Positions 40,757-51,700 of a stretch of DNA of 64,000 bases are shown piece after piece. Below the pieces are notes generated by a model. The model did not search any database. It was not told the DNA's origin and saw nothing but the letters and a program-made list of their open reading frames with translations. The translations under genes and the position numbers were made by a program. Each line of letters begins with the position of its first letter. Position 1 is the first letter of the stretch. The DNA comes from Candidatus Altimarinota bacterium (GTDB lineage: Bacteria > Patescibacteriota > Gracilibacteria > JBDHUY01), in assembly GCA_039809385.1 (NCBI GenBank), contig JBDHUY010000007.1, forward strand, positions 33,494-97,493, in the 5' to 3' direction.

Positions 40757-43183
40757 TTACTCTCCCCGCAACTTCCCACCCACGGTAGCGATACTTTCCA
40801 GAATCTTGGCGGTAATCGTCTGAATATCCTTATCGTTGAGCGTCTTTTCGGGATCGAGATAGGTGATGTTGTAGGTGAGGCTGCGTTTGTTTTCGCCGAG
40901 TTTCGGATCCTCGAAAATATCGAACAGTTCGACCCGTGCTACTGCCGGATGGGCTTGTCTGATCTTTTCTTCCAAACTTGCGGCGGGGGTAGTTTTATCG
41001 ACGATAATGGCCAGATCCCGTATCACGGGCGGAAATTTTGGCAGAGGCATATACTCTCGTCCGGTCTGTTTATGATGTAGCAATAAAGTTTGATCCAGCT
41101 CAAATGCCGCTACATCGTGTTTCTCAAGGTCGAATTTTGCCGCCAGATCGCTTTTTATTTCGCCTATCCATCCTACGTCCGTTCCTCCGATTCGGATATT
41201 GGCCGCAGCTCCAGGTTCCACGAAGCTGTATCCTTCGGAGGATGTATAGGCGCGGGGGGCAACATCCAGATATGTAAAAAATTCCTCCAAAGCCGCTTTG
41301 AGGCCAAAAAAGAGGCGGTCTGCCGGATGAGACGAATCGGTGCGGGGACGGACCACAATGCCGGAGATCTTTTTCTGTTCCTGTATCTCTTGAGCTTTTG
41401 GGAGGTAAATTCGCCCTAGTTCAAACAGACCGAACGTGTCATGTTCGTGAATATTTTTATGCGCATCCGAGAGCAGGTCGGGCAGCATCGACGTTTTGAG
41501 ATGGGTGTATTCCTGCGAAATCGGGTTCTGGATGGCCAAGGGATTTTGATCTAGCCCAAATTCTTGCTGGGTTTTCTCGTTTGTAAACGGGTAGTTCATC
41601 ACTTCATACCACCTCAACCGATGGGAGAGTAGAAAACGGGTCTGGCGTTCGAAATTTTTCTCGTGGCTGATAAGCGGTTCCAACGAACCTTCCGGAACGG
41701 TCAATGGGATACGGTGATAGCCGTACACGCGTCCTACTTCTTCAATTAAATCGTCTTCGTTCAACAGATCCTTCGTAGAACGCCAACTTGGGATTTCTAC
41801 TGTAAAGGTTTTGTCGTCCGATGGAGAGACGGTACATCCCAGGTCGGTCAGGATGCTTTGAATGGTGGCAGTTTCTATCTCGGTTCCCAGCTTTTGACTT
41901 ACCCTGTTCGATCGTAGAGCTATTTCCGCTCCGGGAATATGGATCTTATACGTATCGTAGATTTTTGACGCAGTGGTTGCCGTAGGACAGAGTTCTTTGA
42001 GTAATGCAATGGCGCGATAGACGGCCCATACGCTTTGCTCCGGATCGAGATTTTTCTCGAAGCGGGTCGAGGCTTCGGAACGTAAAGAAAGTCGCTGGGC
42101 AGTTTTGCGGATCATAATCGGATCCCAGCTGGCTGCTTCGAATATGACTTCGGTTGTATCGGCATGAATCCCCGAACCTTCGCCACCCATGATCCCGGCA
42201 ATGCTCGACGGTTTTTCGCCGTCATAGACCACCATATCCTGCGCGGTGAGCCGGTATTTTTTCCCGTCCAACGCGATGATCTCTTCGCCCTCTTTACCCT
42301 GCGCAATAACCATTTTCTTCCCGGAAATTTCGCGGGCGTCGAACGCGTGCATGGGATGTCCCAGATCGTACATGACGTAGTTGGTGATATCGACGACATT
42401 GTTGATCGGGCGGACTCCCACATTCATCAGTCTGGTTTGGAGCCACTTGGGGGATGGTTCTATCTGTACGTTGGTCATCTTGACCGCGACGAAACGGCGA
42501 CAGCCGGAAGTCCGGATATCGATATCCAATTCTTCGTTTCCCTGATCAGGCAGTGGTGCAGGATATGGTTTGAGCGTCAAAGGCAGCTCTTTTTGTTGTT
42601 TTAGGACTGCGTACAGGTCGCGGGCGAGACCGTAGTGTCCGAAGAGATCCGGGCGGTGGGTGAGCGATTTGTTTTCGATTTCTAAAACAACGTCCCGTAT
42701 CTTCAGGAGATCGAAAACGTTTTTGTCTAGATCGGCATCCGTGGCATAGTCGGTCAGGTCGGTGATGCCGCCGTCGGGACAGGGGAGCGGCAGTTCGACT
42801 TCTTCGCTGGCCAGGATCATGCCGGCGCTTTCGATGCCGCGGATCTTTGCTTTTTCGAGCGTGATCCAGTCGCCTTCGCCGTGCCATTTAGCTTGGATGC
42901 CTACTTTACCGAACGCTATGAGCATTCCTTCGCGTAAATTGTTGCCGCCGCAGACGACATGGTGGGTTTCGTCGCCGGTATCGACTTCTACGAGTTTGAG
43001 TTTATCGGCGTTAGGGTGTTTTTCCAATTTGACTACTTTGCCTACGACTACGCCTTCCTGGCCTATGTTGCGAATACTTTCCACTTCGGCGATGGAGGTG
43101 GTGATGATGGTTTCAAGTTCTGCAGGGGTCAGGGTAGCGGGGAGTTCCAGATAATCTCTGAGCCAGTTGAGCGAAAGGTACAT
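40757..43183 (-). CDS. pheT: Phenylalanine--tRNA ligase beta subunit
   Basis: SLNWLRDY, KHPNADKL, RPINNVVDITNYVM, RFEK, DLIEEVGRVYGY, FPPVIRDLA. Confidence 0.96.
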   Translation of the reverse strand: MYLSLNWLRDYLELPATLTPAELETIITTSIAEVESIRNIGQEGVVVGKVVKLEKHPNADKLKLVEVDTGDETHHVVCGGNNLREGMLIAFGKVGIQAKWHGEGDWITLEKAKIRGIESAGMILASEEVELPLPCPDGGITDLTDYATDADLDKNVFDLLKIRDVVLEIENKSLTHRPDLFGHYGLARDLYAVLKQQKELPLTLKPYPAPLPDQGNEELDIDIRTSGCRRFVAVKMTNVQIEPSPKWLQTRLMNVGVRPINNVVDITNYVMYDLGHPMHAFDAREISGKKMVIAQGKEGEEIIALDGKKYRLTAQDMVVYDGEKPSSIAGIMGGEGSGIHADTTEVIFEAASWDPIMIRKTAQRLSLRSEASTRFEKNLDPEQSVWAVYRAIALLKELCPTATTASKIYDTYKIHIPGAEIALRSNRVSQKLGTEIETATIQSILTDLGCTVSPSDDKTFTVEIPSWRSTKDLLNEDDLIEEVGRVYGYHRIPLTVPEGSLEPLISHEKNFERQTRFLLSHRLRWYEVMNYPFTNEKTQQEFGLDQNPLAIQNPISQEYTHLKTSMLPDLLSDAHKNIHEHDTFGLFELGRIYLPKAQEIQEQKKISGIVVRPRTDSSHPADRLFFGLKAALEEFFTYLDVAPRAYTSSEGYSFVEPGAAANIRIGGTDVGWIGEIKSDLAAKFDLEKHDVAAFELDQTLLLHHKQTGREYMPLPKFPPVIRDLAIIVDKTTPAASLEEKIRQAHPAVARVELFDIFEDPKLGENKRSLTYNITYLDPEKTLNDKDIQTITAKILESIATVGGKLRGE

Positions 43184-43483
43184 GGGAATGGACGAAAGGT
43201 AGTATTTTTTGTCACAGTATGCCCCTGAAGGACACGACAAGCATTCTACCAAACATGGCTGTTTATGCAATAAGAGGATGGAGGGCAGGCTTTTGAGACA
43301 TCCTTTTGAAGAGAATAATGTGAATCTGTCACAAATTACGGCTTTGACTATTGAAAAGTACAATACCAGAATACTGTTTTAAAAAGCCATAAACTCTGAT
43401 TTCCTTTACTGCCTCTTCTTTTCAACCAACCCGAAAGGGGGTATGATTTTTGTGAGGATAATTTATCCTTTTTTTATACAGCT

Positions 43484-44641
43484 ATGGGCGAGTCTTCCTT
43501 GAAAGAGACGCCTATACCAGCTCCATTTGATGTGGTTGATCGCCAGGATACTCCTCCTGTCCATGCTCCTATTGCAATCAATAAAAAGGATCATCTTTTA
43601 CCTGTTGAAATATTTTCATCTCCAGAGCAGGCGTCTAAGTTGGCGTTTCTCACAAGGCGGACTGTGGCTTTAATGTTTAACTATATTAAGCGAGCCTCCA
43701 ATATGGAAGTTCCTACACGTTTACGGTCGGTGCGTTTTTCTGTGAACACTGATACTAGCGAAATTGAAAAGATATCCCGTAGTAAACCTTCTCACAATGC
43801 GTCCGAATCAAATCAGTATAAAACTATTGTCATGGATGGAGACTTTTTTTCTAAACGTATTGAGGAATATCAAGGTCTCCTGAAAAAGAAAGGTCAGATC
43901 ATACTTATGGTACCTTTTGAGGATGACAGATATAAATCAGATTTTCTCGCCGGTCTCCTGCATGCAGAAATAGTCGAGAACATAGTTCTTATTCGAAGTT
44001 ATTATGTGTCATTTAGCGATGTGGGAAGAAATGTTACCGAGAGTCTCTTGCGTGCTCTTATACAACATCCTGAAGTTGGCAACAAAACCATTATAGGTTA
44101 TATAACTCAAGGGTTGATTCGGGAGGCAGCTCAAGGTTGTAGTCGTCAGAACTACAGCGAGCGTATGGAGACTTCATTTAAAAAATACGACTTCTATGGA
44201 ATGGGACCAATTTTAGATATGTCAGAATATAAGTGGGTAGAGCTTATTAATAAAGAAAGGGGCAGCTTTATGCTTCAACTTGAACCGTTCATCCGGTTCG
44301 CAGATCCAGAACATCGAAAGATTGCAGAAACCTTTCTACAGAAAAAAATAGAACAGCATTTGCAAGCCTCTCTACAAGAGGTAAAAGTACAAACCTTCAA
44401 TGCAATAACGGAAAGTAGTGAAATAATTCTTCCAGATCCTGTAAATTCTGAAGATGGTTTACCAGACCTACCTTCCCTCAATCAAGTTGATGAAGTTACT
44501 GCTCAGTCTCCCGGCAGCACTGCTTCTACTACAGTAAATTCTTTGAAACATGTGGCTAATCGTATTACAGCTGCTATAAAAAAAATTACTGGCTCTCTTC
44601 CCAATCCTTTTACCAATGACGATAGTAATAGTAGTACCTAA
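43484..44641 (+). CDS. Hypothetical protein (AT-rich, orphan-like)
   Basis: 385-aa ORF opposite in orientation to its neighbours; no motif recognised. Confidence 0.6.
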   Translation: MGESSLKETPIPAPFDVVDRQDTPPVHAPIAINKKDHLLPVEIFSSPEQASKLAFLTRRTVALMFNYIKRASNMEVPTRLRSVRFSVNTDTSEIEKISRSKPSHNASESNQYKTIVMDGDFFSKRIEEYQGLLKKKGQIILMVPFEDDRYKSDFLAGLLHAEIVENIVLIRSYYVSFSDVGRNVTESLLRALIQHPEVGNKTIIGYITQGLIREAAQGCSRQNYSERMETSFKKYDFYGMGPILDMSEYKWVELINKERGSFMLQLEPFIRFADPEHRKIAETFLQKKIEQHLQASLQEVKVQTFNAITESSEIILPDPVNSEDGLPDLPSLNQVDEVTAQSPGSTASTTVNSLKHVANRITAAIKKITGSLPNPFTNDDSNSST

Positions 44642-44653
44642 ATGTGATAGCCT

Positions 44654-45811
44654 TTACTGACGAGTAATAATTCGCCTGATCCCCGGCTGAATTCGTACCA
44701 GTACCTCATACGGAATGGTTTCTTCTTCTTTTGCGAGCCCTACAATCGAATTCTTTTCTTTTGAAAGAGGAGAAATTACTTCAACCAGATCTCCGACTGC
44801 TACACGGTCATTCCCCACATCCAAACAGGTCAGATTCATACAGACTCGCCCGACGATGCTTGCCTTGATCTCCTTATCGCCCTGCCGAATCCGCAATATT
44901 CCCTTCCCCGAAAGTCGCCGATCCAGCCCTTCCGCATACCCGAACGGAATAACCGCGATCGTTGAGGCTCTCCTCGCGGTAAACGTTTCGTTATAGGAAA
45001 CGCTTTCTCCCACCTTGAGCTTCTGTATTGCTACCACCCGCGACGTCACCCGTAAAGCCGGTTGCAACTTCCGGGTTTTTGTATACAACGGACTCTGCGC
45101 ATCGAACGGCGAGTATCCGTAGAAGGCCAGCCCGGTACGAAAGGCGGTAAGACGGCTATCTTTCAGCCAAAACGCCGCTGCAGAATTCCCCAGGTGTACG
45201 AAAGGCAGTTCGTACCCCTGTTGTTTCAGCCAGTCGAACGCTTCAAAAAACCGTTCCACTTGTTCCCGGTTCAAATCCGAAACTTGTTCAGCTGAAGCCA
45301 GATGAGAACATATCCCGACAATATCGCACCGCCGAAGCAGCGCTTTATTCTCTTGAAAAAAGTAGGCAAGATCCTGAATACCCTCCCGATGCATCCCGGT
45401 ATTGAGAAAAAGGTGTACTTTCGGTTTGCGGTGAAACGAGAGTAGCGCTTCTAGTGTCATTCGGTTGTACACGCAAAACTGAGTCCGCCACGCGCGGAAA
45501 AACTTGTACGATGACAGAGCCGCCTCTCCCAGCACCAGCACGTCTTTTGATCCCCGATCATACACCTTCTGAGCTTCAGGCAAAGAATCCACTACCAGCA
45601 GAGGCACGTTACTTTTTTCCAGAATCTCGACGACCGGCTCGATCCCGTGGCCATACGCGTTCGATTTAAGCACCGGCAATATGGCGGCGTGTGGCTGGAG
45701 AGACTGAAGATAACGTAGGTTTTCCAGCAACGCAGTCCCGTTGATCTCAACCAGATTAAGCGGCGTATAGCTCAATGTTCTTTTTTGACGAAACCACCGG
45801 AATAGTTTCAT
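44654..45811 (-). CDS. alr: Alanine racemase
   Basis: VLKSNAYGHG PLP-Lys motif, NTGMHREG, GYAEG, GRVCMN, TIPYEVL. Confidence 0.95.
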   Translation of the reverse strand: MKLFRWFRQKRTLSYTPLNLVEINGTALLENLRYLQSLQPHAAILPVLKSNAYGHGIEPVVEILEKSNVPLLVVDSLPEAQKVYDRGSKDVLVLGEAALSSYKFFRAWRTQFCVYNRMTLEALLSFHRKPKVHLFLNTGMHREGIQDLAYFFQENKALLRRCDIVGICSHLASAEQVSDLNREQVERFFEAFDWLKQQGYELPFVHLGNSAAAFWLKDSRLTAFRTGLAFYGYSPFDAQSPLYTKTRKLQPALRVTSRVVAIQKLKVGESVSYNETFTARRASTIAVIPFGYAEGLDRRLSGKGILRIRQGDKEIKASIVGRVCMNLTCLDVGNDRVAVGDLVEVISPLSKEKNSIVGLAKEEETIPYEVLVRIQPGIRRIITRQ

Positions 45812-45824
45812 GGGGCAGAAAAGT

Positions 45825-46160
45825 TTAATACAAGCGGGCGCCTCGCTCCACGATCTCGGCATTTTCGGGATGAATTAGCACACATTCCCCATCCGATCCG
45901 GGAACACCCAGGGTCAACACTTCCGACATATTTTTGCCAATCTGTTTGGGAGGAAAGTTCGTGACGGCCAGAATCTTTTTTCCGATCAACTCTTCCGGCA
46001 TATAGCGTACCAGCCGGGCGCAAGATTGTTTCGTACCGGTCTCTTCTCCGAAATCGATTTTTAATTTGTGCGTCGAGTATTTTGCATCTTCCAGCAGACT
46101 GGCTTCCACGATAATACCGGTACGTATCTCGATTTTTTCAAAATCCGACCAGGTGGCCAT
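45825..46160 (-). CDS. csaA: CsaA/Trbp111-like tRNA-binding OB-fold protein
   Basis: DFEKIEIRTG, LKIDFG, NFPPKQIG..MSEVLTLG. Confidence 0.88.
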   Translation of the reverse strand: MATWSDFEKIEIRTGIIVEASLLEDAKYSTHKLKIDFGEETGTKQSCARLVRYMPEELIGKKILAVTNFPPKQIGKNMSEVLTLGVPGSDGECVLIHPENAEIVERGARLY

Positions 46161-46191
46161 AGTTCGTATTTGCTATATAGTAAAATTATTC

Positions 46192-46563
46192 TTACTTCGG
46201 CGTAGGAAAAAGGTGTTTTACGGCTATACTCAGCATAACACTTATTTGTGTTAGTGTTGCGGTGACCAAAATACGAAAATTCCATTCTTCCAACAAAAAT
46301 CCCCAGAGACGAAACCCCTGGAATGCAGAAAACATGAAAATGATGATAGTTTCGCCAACCAGCAAAAAAAATAATCGATTCAGGGTAGTCTTTTTGAGCT
46401 TGATATCTTGCTGTAACGCTTCGTTCTGAAGTCGTCTTCTCTCCGCAATCACGTCCGGAATCCGTAATGGAGCACCGCGTTGAGGAGTCACGTTGGCCGG
46501 AGTTGCCTTTTCTACTATACTTCTGAGCTCTGAGATAATATGCTCTTTTTTAGGGTCTTGCAT
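46192..46563 (-). CDS. Small two-TM membrane protein, partner of ImmA/IrrE copy 2
   Basis: 10 nt downstream of the peptidase; charged N-terminus, two hydrophobic helices, ends IAVKHLFP. Confidence 0.75.
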   Translation of the reverse strand: MQDPKKEHIISELRSIVEKATPANVTPQRGAPLRIPDVIAERRRLQNEALQQDIKLKKTTLNRLFFLLVGETIIIFMFSAFQGFRLWGFLLEEWNFRILVTATLTQISVMLSIAVKHLFPTPK

Positions 46564-46573
46564 ATCGCAGAAT

Positions 46574-47101
46574 TTAGGCAGTTATAAGATTCAATTTTTC
46601 TAAGCGTATACTCATGGCAACGATCGATACGTTAAAAATTCGGGCGCATTCTTCCACACTTCGAAATGTCTCCCAAGCTTGCTTTACCAGCTCAGACGGC
46701 ATAATAAGTTCCGCAGCAAAATTATTCGCTTCGGTTTCAATGCGGGAGTACTCCTGATTGTCCAATCGAAACAGGATCTTGGATTCAAAGTTCGTATCTT
46801 TATCGATCAGTGCCTCTTCCTGCTTTATCGTGTCTGCATGCATAAAATAGTGCCCCAATTCATGTGCTATTGTAAAATATTGTCTTGTTCTTGGCTTGGT
46901 TTCATCTACCAATATAGAAAAAATATTCGTATTTTTATCAAAAAGAATAGCACCGGAAACTCCTTCAGGTAATTTCAAAACCGATATCTGCAAGTCGGGG
47001 CACGCGGATGATATTTTTTCAAATGGAAAGGGTGATAATCTTTCGGAGTTATATTTCTGACGTACTTCCTCGGCTTTGAGAAGAATGTCTGTAAATTGCA
47101 T
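46574..47101 (-). CDS. ImmA/IrrE family metallo-endopeptidase (copy 2)
   Basis: RQYFTIAHELGH and ETEANNFAAELIMP motifs. Confidence 0.9.
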   Translation of the reverse strand: MQFTDILLKAEEVRQKYNSERLSPFPFEKISSACPDLQISVLKLPEGVSGAILFDKNTNIFSILVDETKPRTRQYFTIAHELGHYFMHADTIKQEEALIDKDTNFESKILFRLDNQEYSRIETEANNFAAELIMPSELVKQAWETFRSVEECARIFNVSIVAMSIRLEKLNLITA

Positions 47102-47213
47102 AGTTTTTACACGAGGTTAACCAGTATTGTTAATACTACTATATCAATCTTAAAAAAAGATAAAATAGTAAAAATTTACCTGTTTTTCAGCTTCGGAAAG
47201 GACTACGATTACC

Positions 47214-47264
47214 GCTATCGCGGGATGTCGAGTCCCGTGTGTCTGCCAGTTCCACCATGACGGC
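47214..47264 (-). pseudogene. Degenerate partial copy of tRNA-Leu (5' 51 nt)
   Basis: 47/51 identity to 48133-48183; anticodon loop changed (CTCAAAA to CTCGACA); no T-arm or 3' acceptor strand. Confidence 0.8.
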
Positions 47265-47313
47265 TTGGGTATCTTCGAGGAAAGTTTGATACTTGATTTT
47301 TAACCTGCGATTT

Positions 47314-48048
47314 CTACCCGGCAATCCAGATCAGGCTGGCTTGCTCGCCCTGATGTCGCTTCTTCTCGCGATAGGACGAGAAAAAATCGTTCGTACATCC
47401 GGTGCACGGGGCTTCAAGCTTAATCTTTTCTGGTCTAACTCCGCACTGTTTCAATTGAGTGCGGAGCGCAAACCTGAGATCGAGAAATCCTTCATTTTGT
47501 ACTTGCGGACCATATCGTTCTACAAATTGGTCGATGCGCTTGTCGGGCGTTTGATCCACCCGGTAGCAGCATTTGTTGATCGAAGGCCCCAGCCGGATCT
47601 CGATATCGGCAGGAGCGCTTCCGTATGTCGTCTTGAATACCTCCACCATAGCTACCGGGAGTTCGGCTAACGTACCTTTCCAGCCGCTGTGCGCCAGTCC
47701 CACGACGCTTTTTATCGGATCATAGAAAAAAACCGGCAGGCAATCCGCGGTCAGAATAGTTAATACGATCCCGGCTTGATCCGTTATCAGACCGTCTAGC
47801 CCGCTCTCATGGAATAATTTCGTAGATCCCAAATAGTTCAAGCACTGGTCTTTTTGCGAGGCTACTTTTATAGTATTTGAATGTGTCTGATTGGCAAAGA
47901 CTAGATTATTAACTTCAATTCCCAGCCTTGCGCATCCATGTTTACGGTTTTGGATCGCTTCATCCTCCGGGACAAAACGCTCGTCCCACGAACCGTCGGA
48001 GTGGTCGGTAAAAGCAATGGCGATATTTCCAAAATTTTGCAGAAACAT
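47314..48048 (-). CDS. pgeF: PgeF/YfiH family (laccase-domain purine nucleoside phosphorylase)
   Basis: NQTHS, DGLIT, TADCLPV, AHSGWKG, GPSI..CCY, FFSSYR. Confidence 0.92.
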   Translation of the reverse strand: MFLQNFGNIAIAFTDHSDGSWDERFVPEDEAIQNRKHGCARLGIEVNNLVFANQTHSNTIKVASQKDQCLNYLGSTKLFHESGLDGLITDQAGIVLTILTADCLPVFFYDPIKSVVGLAHSGWKGTLAELPVAMVEVFKTTYGSAPADIEIRLGPSINKCCYRVDQTPDKRIDQFVERYGPQVQNEGFLDLRFALRTQLKQCGVRPEKIKLEAPCTGCTNDFFSSYREKKRHQGEQASLIWIAG

Positions 48049-48096
48049 GACAAAAAGACCGTTTACAGGACGCGAAGCTTATAATCCTCAAATTCA

Positions 48097-48183
48097 TGGT
48101 GCCGTCGGAGAGAGTCGAACTCTCATGATATTGCTATCGCGGGATTTTGAGTCCCGTGTGTCTACCAGTTCCACCACGACGGC
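48097..48183 (-). tRNA. tRNA-Leu(CAA)
   Basis: GCCGTCG/CGACGGC acceptor stem, anticodon arm CGGGA-CTCAAAA-TCCCG, long variable arm, GTTCGACTC T-loop, encoded CCA. Confidence 0.95.
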
Positions 48184-48286
48184 ATACAGTTTCTTGAAGA
48201 AAGTCTGTAACTCTCTATTTTCTCCAAGCAGACAAATACTAGTCAAAACTCACAAAATCGTCAAACCGAAAAAAAGTATTTGGATA

Positions 48287-48316
48287 CAAAAAGATCCGCC
48301 GCGGCGGATCTTTTTG
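48287..48316. terminator. Perfect 30-bp palindrome / terminator downstream of rpmE
   Basis: CAAAAAGATCCGCCGCGGCGGATCTTTTTG. Confidence 0.75.
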
Positions 48317-48332
48317 ATAAATAACTTGTTAC

Positions 48333-48764
48333 TCAGGCTTTTTTCTTGGCCGGTGCTTTCTTGGCTTTGGCCGCGGCAGGTTTCTTTTCTTTCTTTGCGG
48401 CTGTTACCTCTTCGGACGTCTCGGCCTCGGAGGTATTTTCAGTTTCGATTTCTTCGACAGCAGCCGTTTCCTCAGACAGAACCGAAGACGTTTCTTCTTC
48501 TTCGGCTTCGTCGGTCATATGCTTTTTCTTGGCCGATTTTTTCTTCAAAAGTTCGATCTCTTTGGCGATCTCGGTGCGGCGGCGGAAAGAATCCACGCGT
48601 CCGGCGCTGTCGATCAGTTTTTGTTTGCCGGTATAGAAAGGATGGCAATTAAAACATACTTCCACCTTGATGGTTTTGTTCATGGTGGAACCAACCGTAA
48701 AGTTTTTGCCGCAGGCGCAGGCTACTTCGGTCTGTTGGTAAGAAGGGTGGATACCGTTTTTCAT
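48333..48764 (-). CDS. rpmE: 50S ribosomal protein L31 (Zn-binding type) with a long C-terminal tail
   Basis: [30 protein letters not shown]. Confidence 0.95.
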   Translation of the reverse strand: MKNGIHPSYQQTEVACACGKNFTVGSTMNKTIKVEVCFNCHPFYTGKQKLIDSAGRVDSFRRRTEIAKEIELLKKKSAKKKHMTDEAEEEETSSVLSEETAAVEEIETENTSEAETSEEVTAAKKEKKPAAAKAKKAPAKKKA

Positions 48765-48793
48765 AAAACACGAGAGAAATGAGTAGAAATATA

Positions 48794-51700
48794 CTAGTGC
48801 TGCGAGGGGCGGTTGGATTTTTCTTTATACGTCTGGCCGGCCGGGATCAACCGTCCGATAATCACATTTTCCTTCAATCCTTCCAAAAAGTCCACTTTTT
48901 TGGTAACAGACGCTTCGACCAGAACCCGGATAGTCTCCTGGAAGGAGGCGGCCGACAGCCAGCTGTCGGTATAGAGAGAAACTTTGGTAATTCCCAGGAG
49001 TAATCGTTCGCCGTAAGATTCTTTTTTGCCTTCCTCGCGCATCTGGTGGTTTACTTTTTCATAGCGAACTATATTGGTAATCTCTCCGGGCAGGAAGCTG
49101 CTTTCTCCCGGATCGAGAATGCGTATTTTCGAGAGCATTTGTTTCACGATGATTTCAATGTGTTTGTCGTTAATCGTCTGTCCCTGCGAGGCATAAATAC
49201 TTTGTACCTCGTTGACCACATACGACTGGAGCGAACCTACGCCTTTGATCTGCATCAGCGATTTCAGATCCATATGTCCGATCGTCATCGGATCGCCGGC
49301 TTTTACTTTGTCTCCCTCGCGCACGATCAGGGTCATACGAGTAGGAATGCGGTATAAACGCTCCTGTTTCACATCGTGCTTGATGGTGAGAGTCTTTCCC
49401 GAAATATCTTCCACCACTCCGCTGTTGGTAGCGCGAATGATCGTATTTTTGTCGCCTTTGGAGCGAATGATCGTTTGTTTGATGCGTACGGTATCTCCGA
49501 CTTTGACCAGCGGCTGAAGATCTCCGTACAGTACATATTCGTCCCGTCCCAGTTCGTCGCTTTTCAGATAGGCTTCCACCATATCTTTCTTCTTTTTAAT
49601 AGTGACCGTTCCGTCGATTTCGGCAATGGTCGCCGGAGTTTTGGGAGTGCGGGCTTCGAAGAGTTCTTCGACGCGGGTCAAACCCTGGGTAATGTCGGCC
49701 CCTTCGGCGACACCTCCCATGTGGAACGTTCGCATAGTCAGCTGGGTACCGGGTTCGCCGATACTCTGCGCCGCAATGATACCCACCGGCGTACCGATCT
49801 CGACCGGATGATTGAAACCGAGATCCAGTCCGTAACATTTCTGGCAAACCCCGTCTTCGGTGAGACAGTCGGCGACCGATGCGATCGACAGTTCGTCGAC
49901 ATTATGATCTTTGAACGCCTTCAGCATAGCGTCGGTAACATATTGGCCCTGATTTGCCAGAATTTCGCCCGTGGCAGGATCGGCTACGTCGGCCATGATC
50001 GTTCGTCCGAATACGCGTTGTTCGAATGCGAGTCCTACTCGTTGACTCTCGCTGCGGGAGATGACCACGCCTTTTTCATTCCCGCAATCGTACTCGCGTA
50101 CGATCACGCGCTGGACCGAGTCTACCAATTTGCGGGTCAGATAACCGGCTTCGGAAGTTTTCAGAGCGGTGTCGGATTTTCCTTTTCGTCCCGAGTGCGT
50201 GTTAATGAAATATTCCAGAATCGATAATCCTTCTTTGTAATTGGCTTTTACCGGCAGCTCGATGGTTTTTCCCGAAGGATTGGCTACCAGACCTTTCATT
50301 CCCGACAGCTGGGTAACGTTTCCCCAGTCTCCGCGGGCGCCGGAATCCACCATGATAAAAATATGGTTAAACTTTTCGTACGACTTGATCATCAGGTCGG
50401 CAATCTTGCGCTTGGCTTCGTTCCAGATACGTACCTGAGCGTTATGGCGTTCGTCGGCGGTGATCCAGCCTTTCCAGTATTTGTTAATGATCTGTTTGAC
50501 GTTTTCGGATGATTCTTCGATGATCTTTTCTTTTCCTTCCGGCACTACCATATCGTCGTAGCCGATCGAGAGACCCGAAAGCGTGGCGTACTTGTAACCG
50601 ATCGACTTAATACTGTCCGAGATAAGTACTGTCATTTCTTTCCCGTATTTTTCGAACGTATACGCAATCAGGCGCTTCAGTTCTTTCTTGTTCATGGTTC
50701 TATTCACATACCACAGTTCTTTGGGCAGACAATCCCGGTTGAAAATCAGGCGGCCGATAGTGGTTTCCAACAGCTCGCCGTTAAAGCGAACCCGGATCTT
50801 TTCCTGAAGACCGACATACTTGTTGCCAAAAGCGCGCATGGCCTCGTCGATATCGGTAAATGACATTTTGGGCTCGGCCGATTCGTCCTTCATGCGGGTC
50901 AGATAGTAGGACCCCAACACGATGTCCTGGGCTGCGGTAATGATCGGTTCACCCGAGGAAGGTTTGAGCAGATTGCTGCTGCTCGACATGATGCTTTTCG
51001 CTTCTCTTTGAGCTTGTTCAGACAAAGGAATATGAACAGCCATCTGGTCACCGTCGAAGTCCGCGTTATAGGCCGCGCAGACGAGCGGATGAATTTGGAT
51101 CGCTTTTCCTTCGATCAGTACCGGCTGAAACGCCTGGATACCGAGACGGTGCAGCGTAGGCGCGCGGTTAAGCAGTACATAATGTTCGGCAGTAACATTC
51201 TCCAGAATATCCCAGACTTCTTTACGATTGCTGGCGATAACCCGTTCGGCGTTTTTGACGTTATACGCCAGTCCGTCCCGGATCAAATGTCCGATCACGA
51301 ACGGTTTGAACAATTTCAAAGCCATTTCTTTGGGAATACCGCATTGATGGAGCTGTAAATTCGGTCCTACCACGATGACCGAACGACCGGAATAGTCGAC
51401 GCGTTTTCCCAGCAGATTCTGGCGGAAACGTCCCTGCTTTCCTTTGAGCATATCCGAGAGACTGCGCAGTTTGCGGCGTTCGTTGACGTTAAACGTAGCT
51501 TTGCTGACGCGTGCGTCGCTGTTTAACAGTGTATCGACGGCTTCCTGCAGCATACGTTTTTCGTTACGGCAGATGACTTCGGGGGCTCCGATCTCGATCA
51601 GCCGTTTTAAACGGTTGTTCCGGTTGATCACACGACGGTACAGATCATTGAGATCCGAAGCGGCAAACCGTCCTCCGTCCAGCTGTACCATGGGACGAAG

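Noticed and set aside
45825-46160. csaA as part of the SLH-anchoring csaAB operon
   Set aside because: The sequence is the tRNA-binding OB-fold CsaA, unrelated apart from the name.
46192-48183. Prophage or ICE at tRNA-Leu
   Set aside because: No integrase, structural or conjugation genes anywhere in the window.
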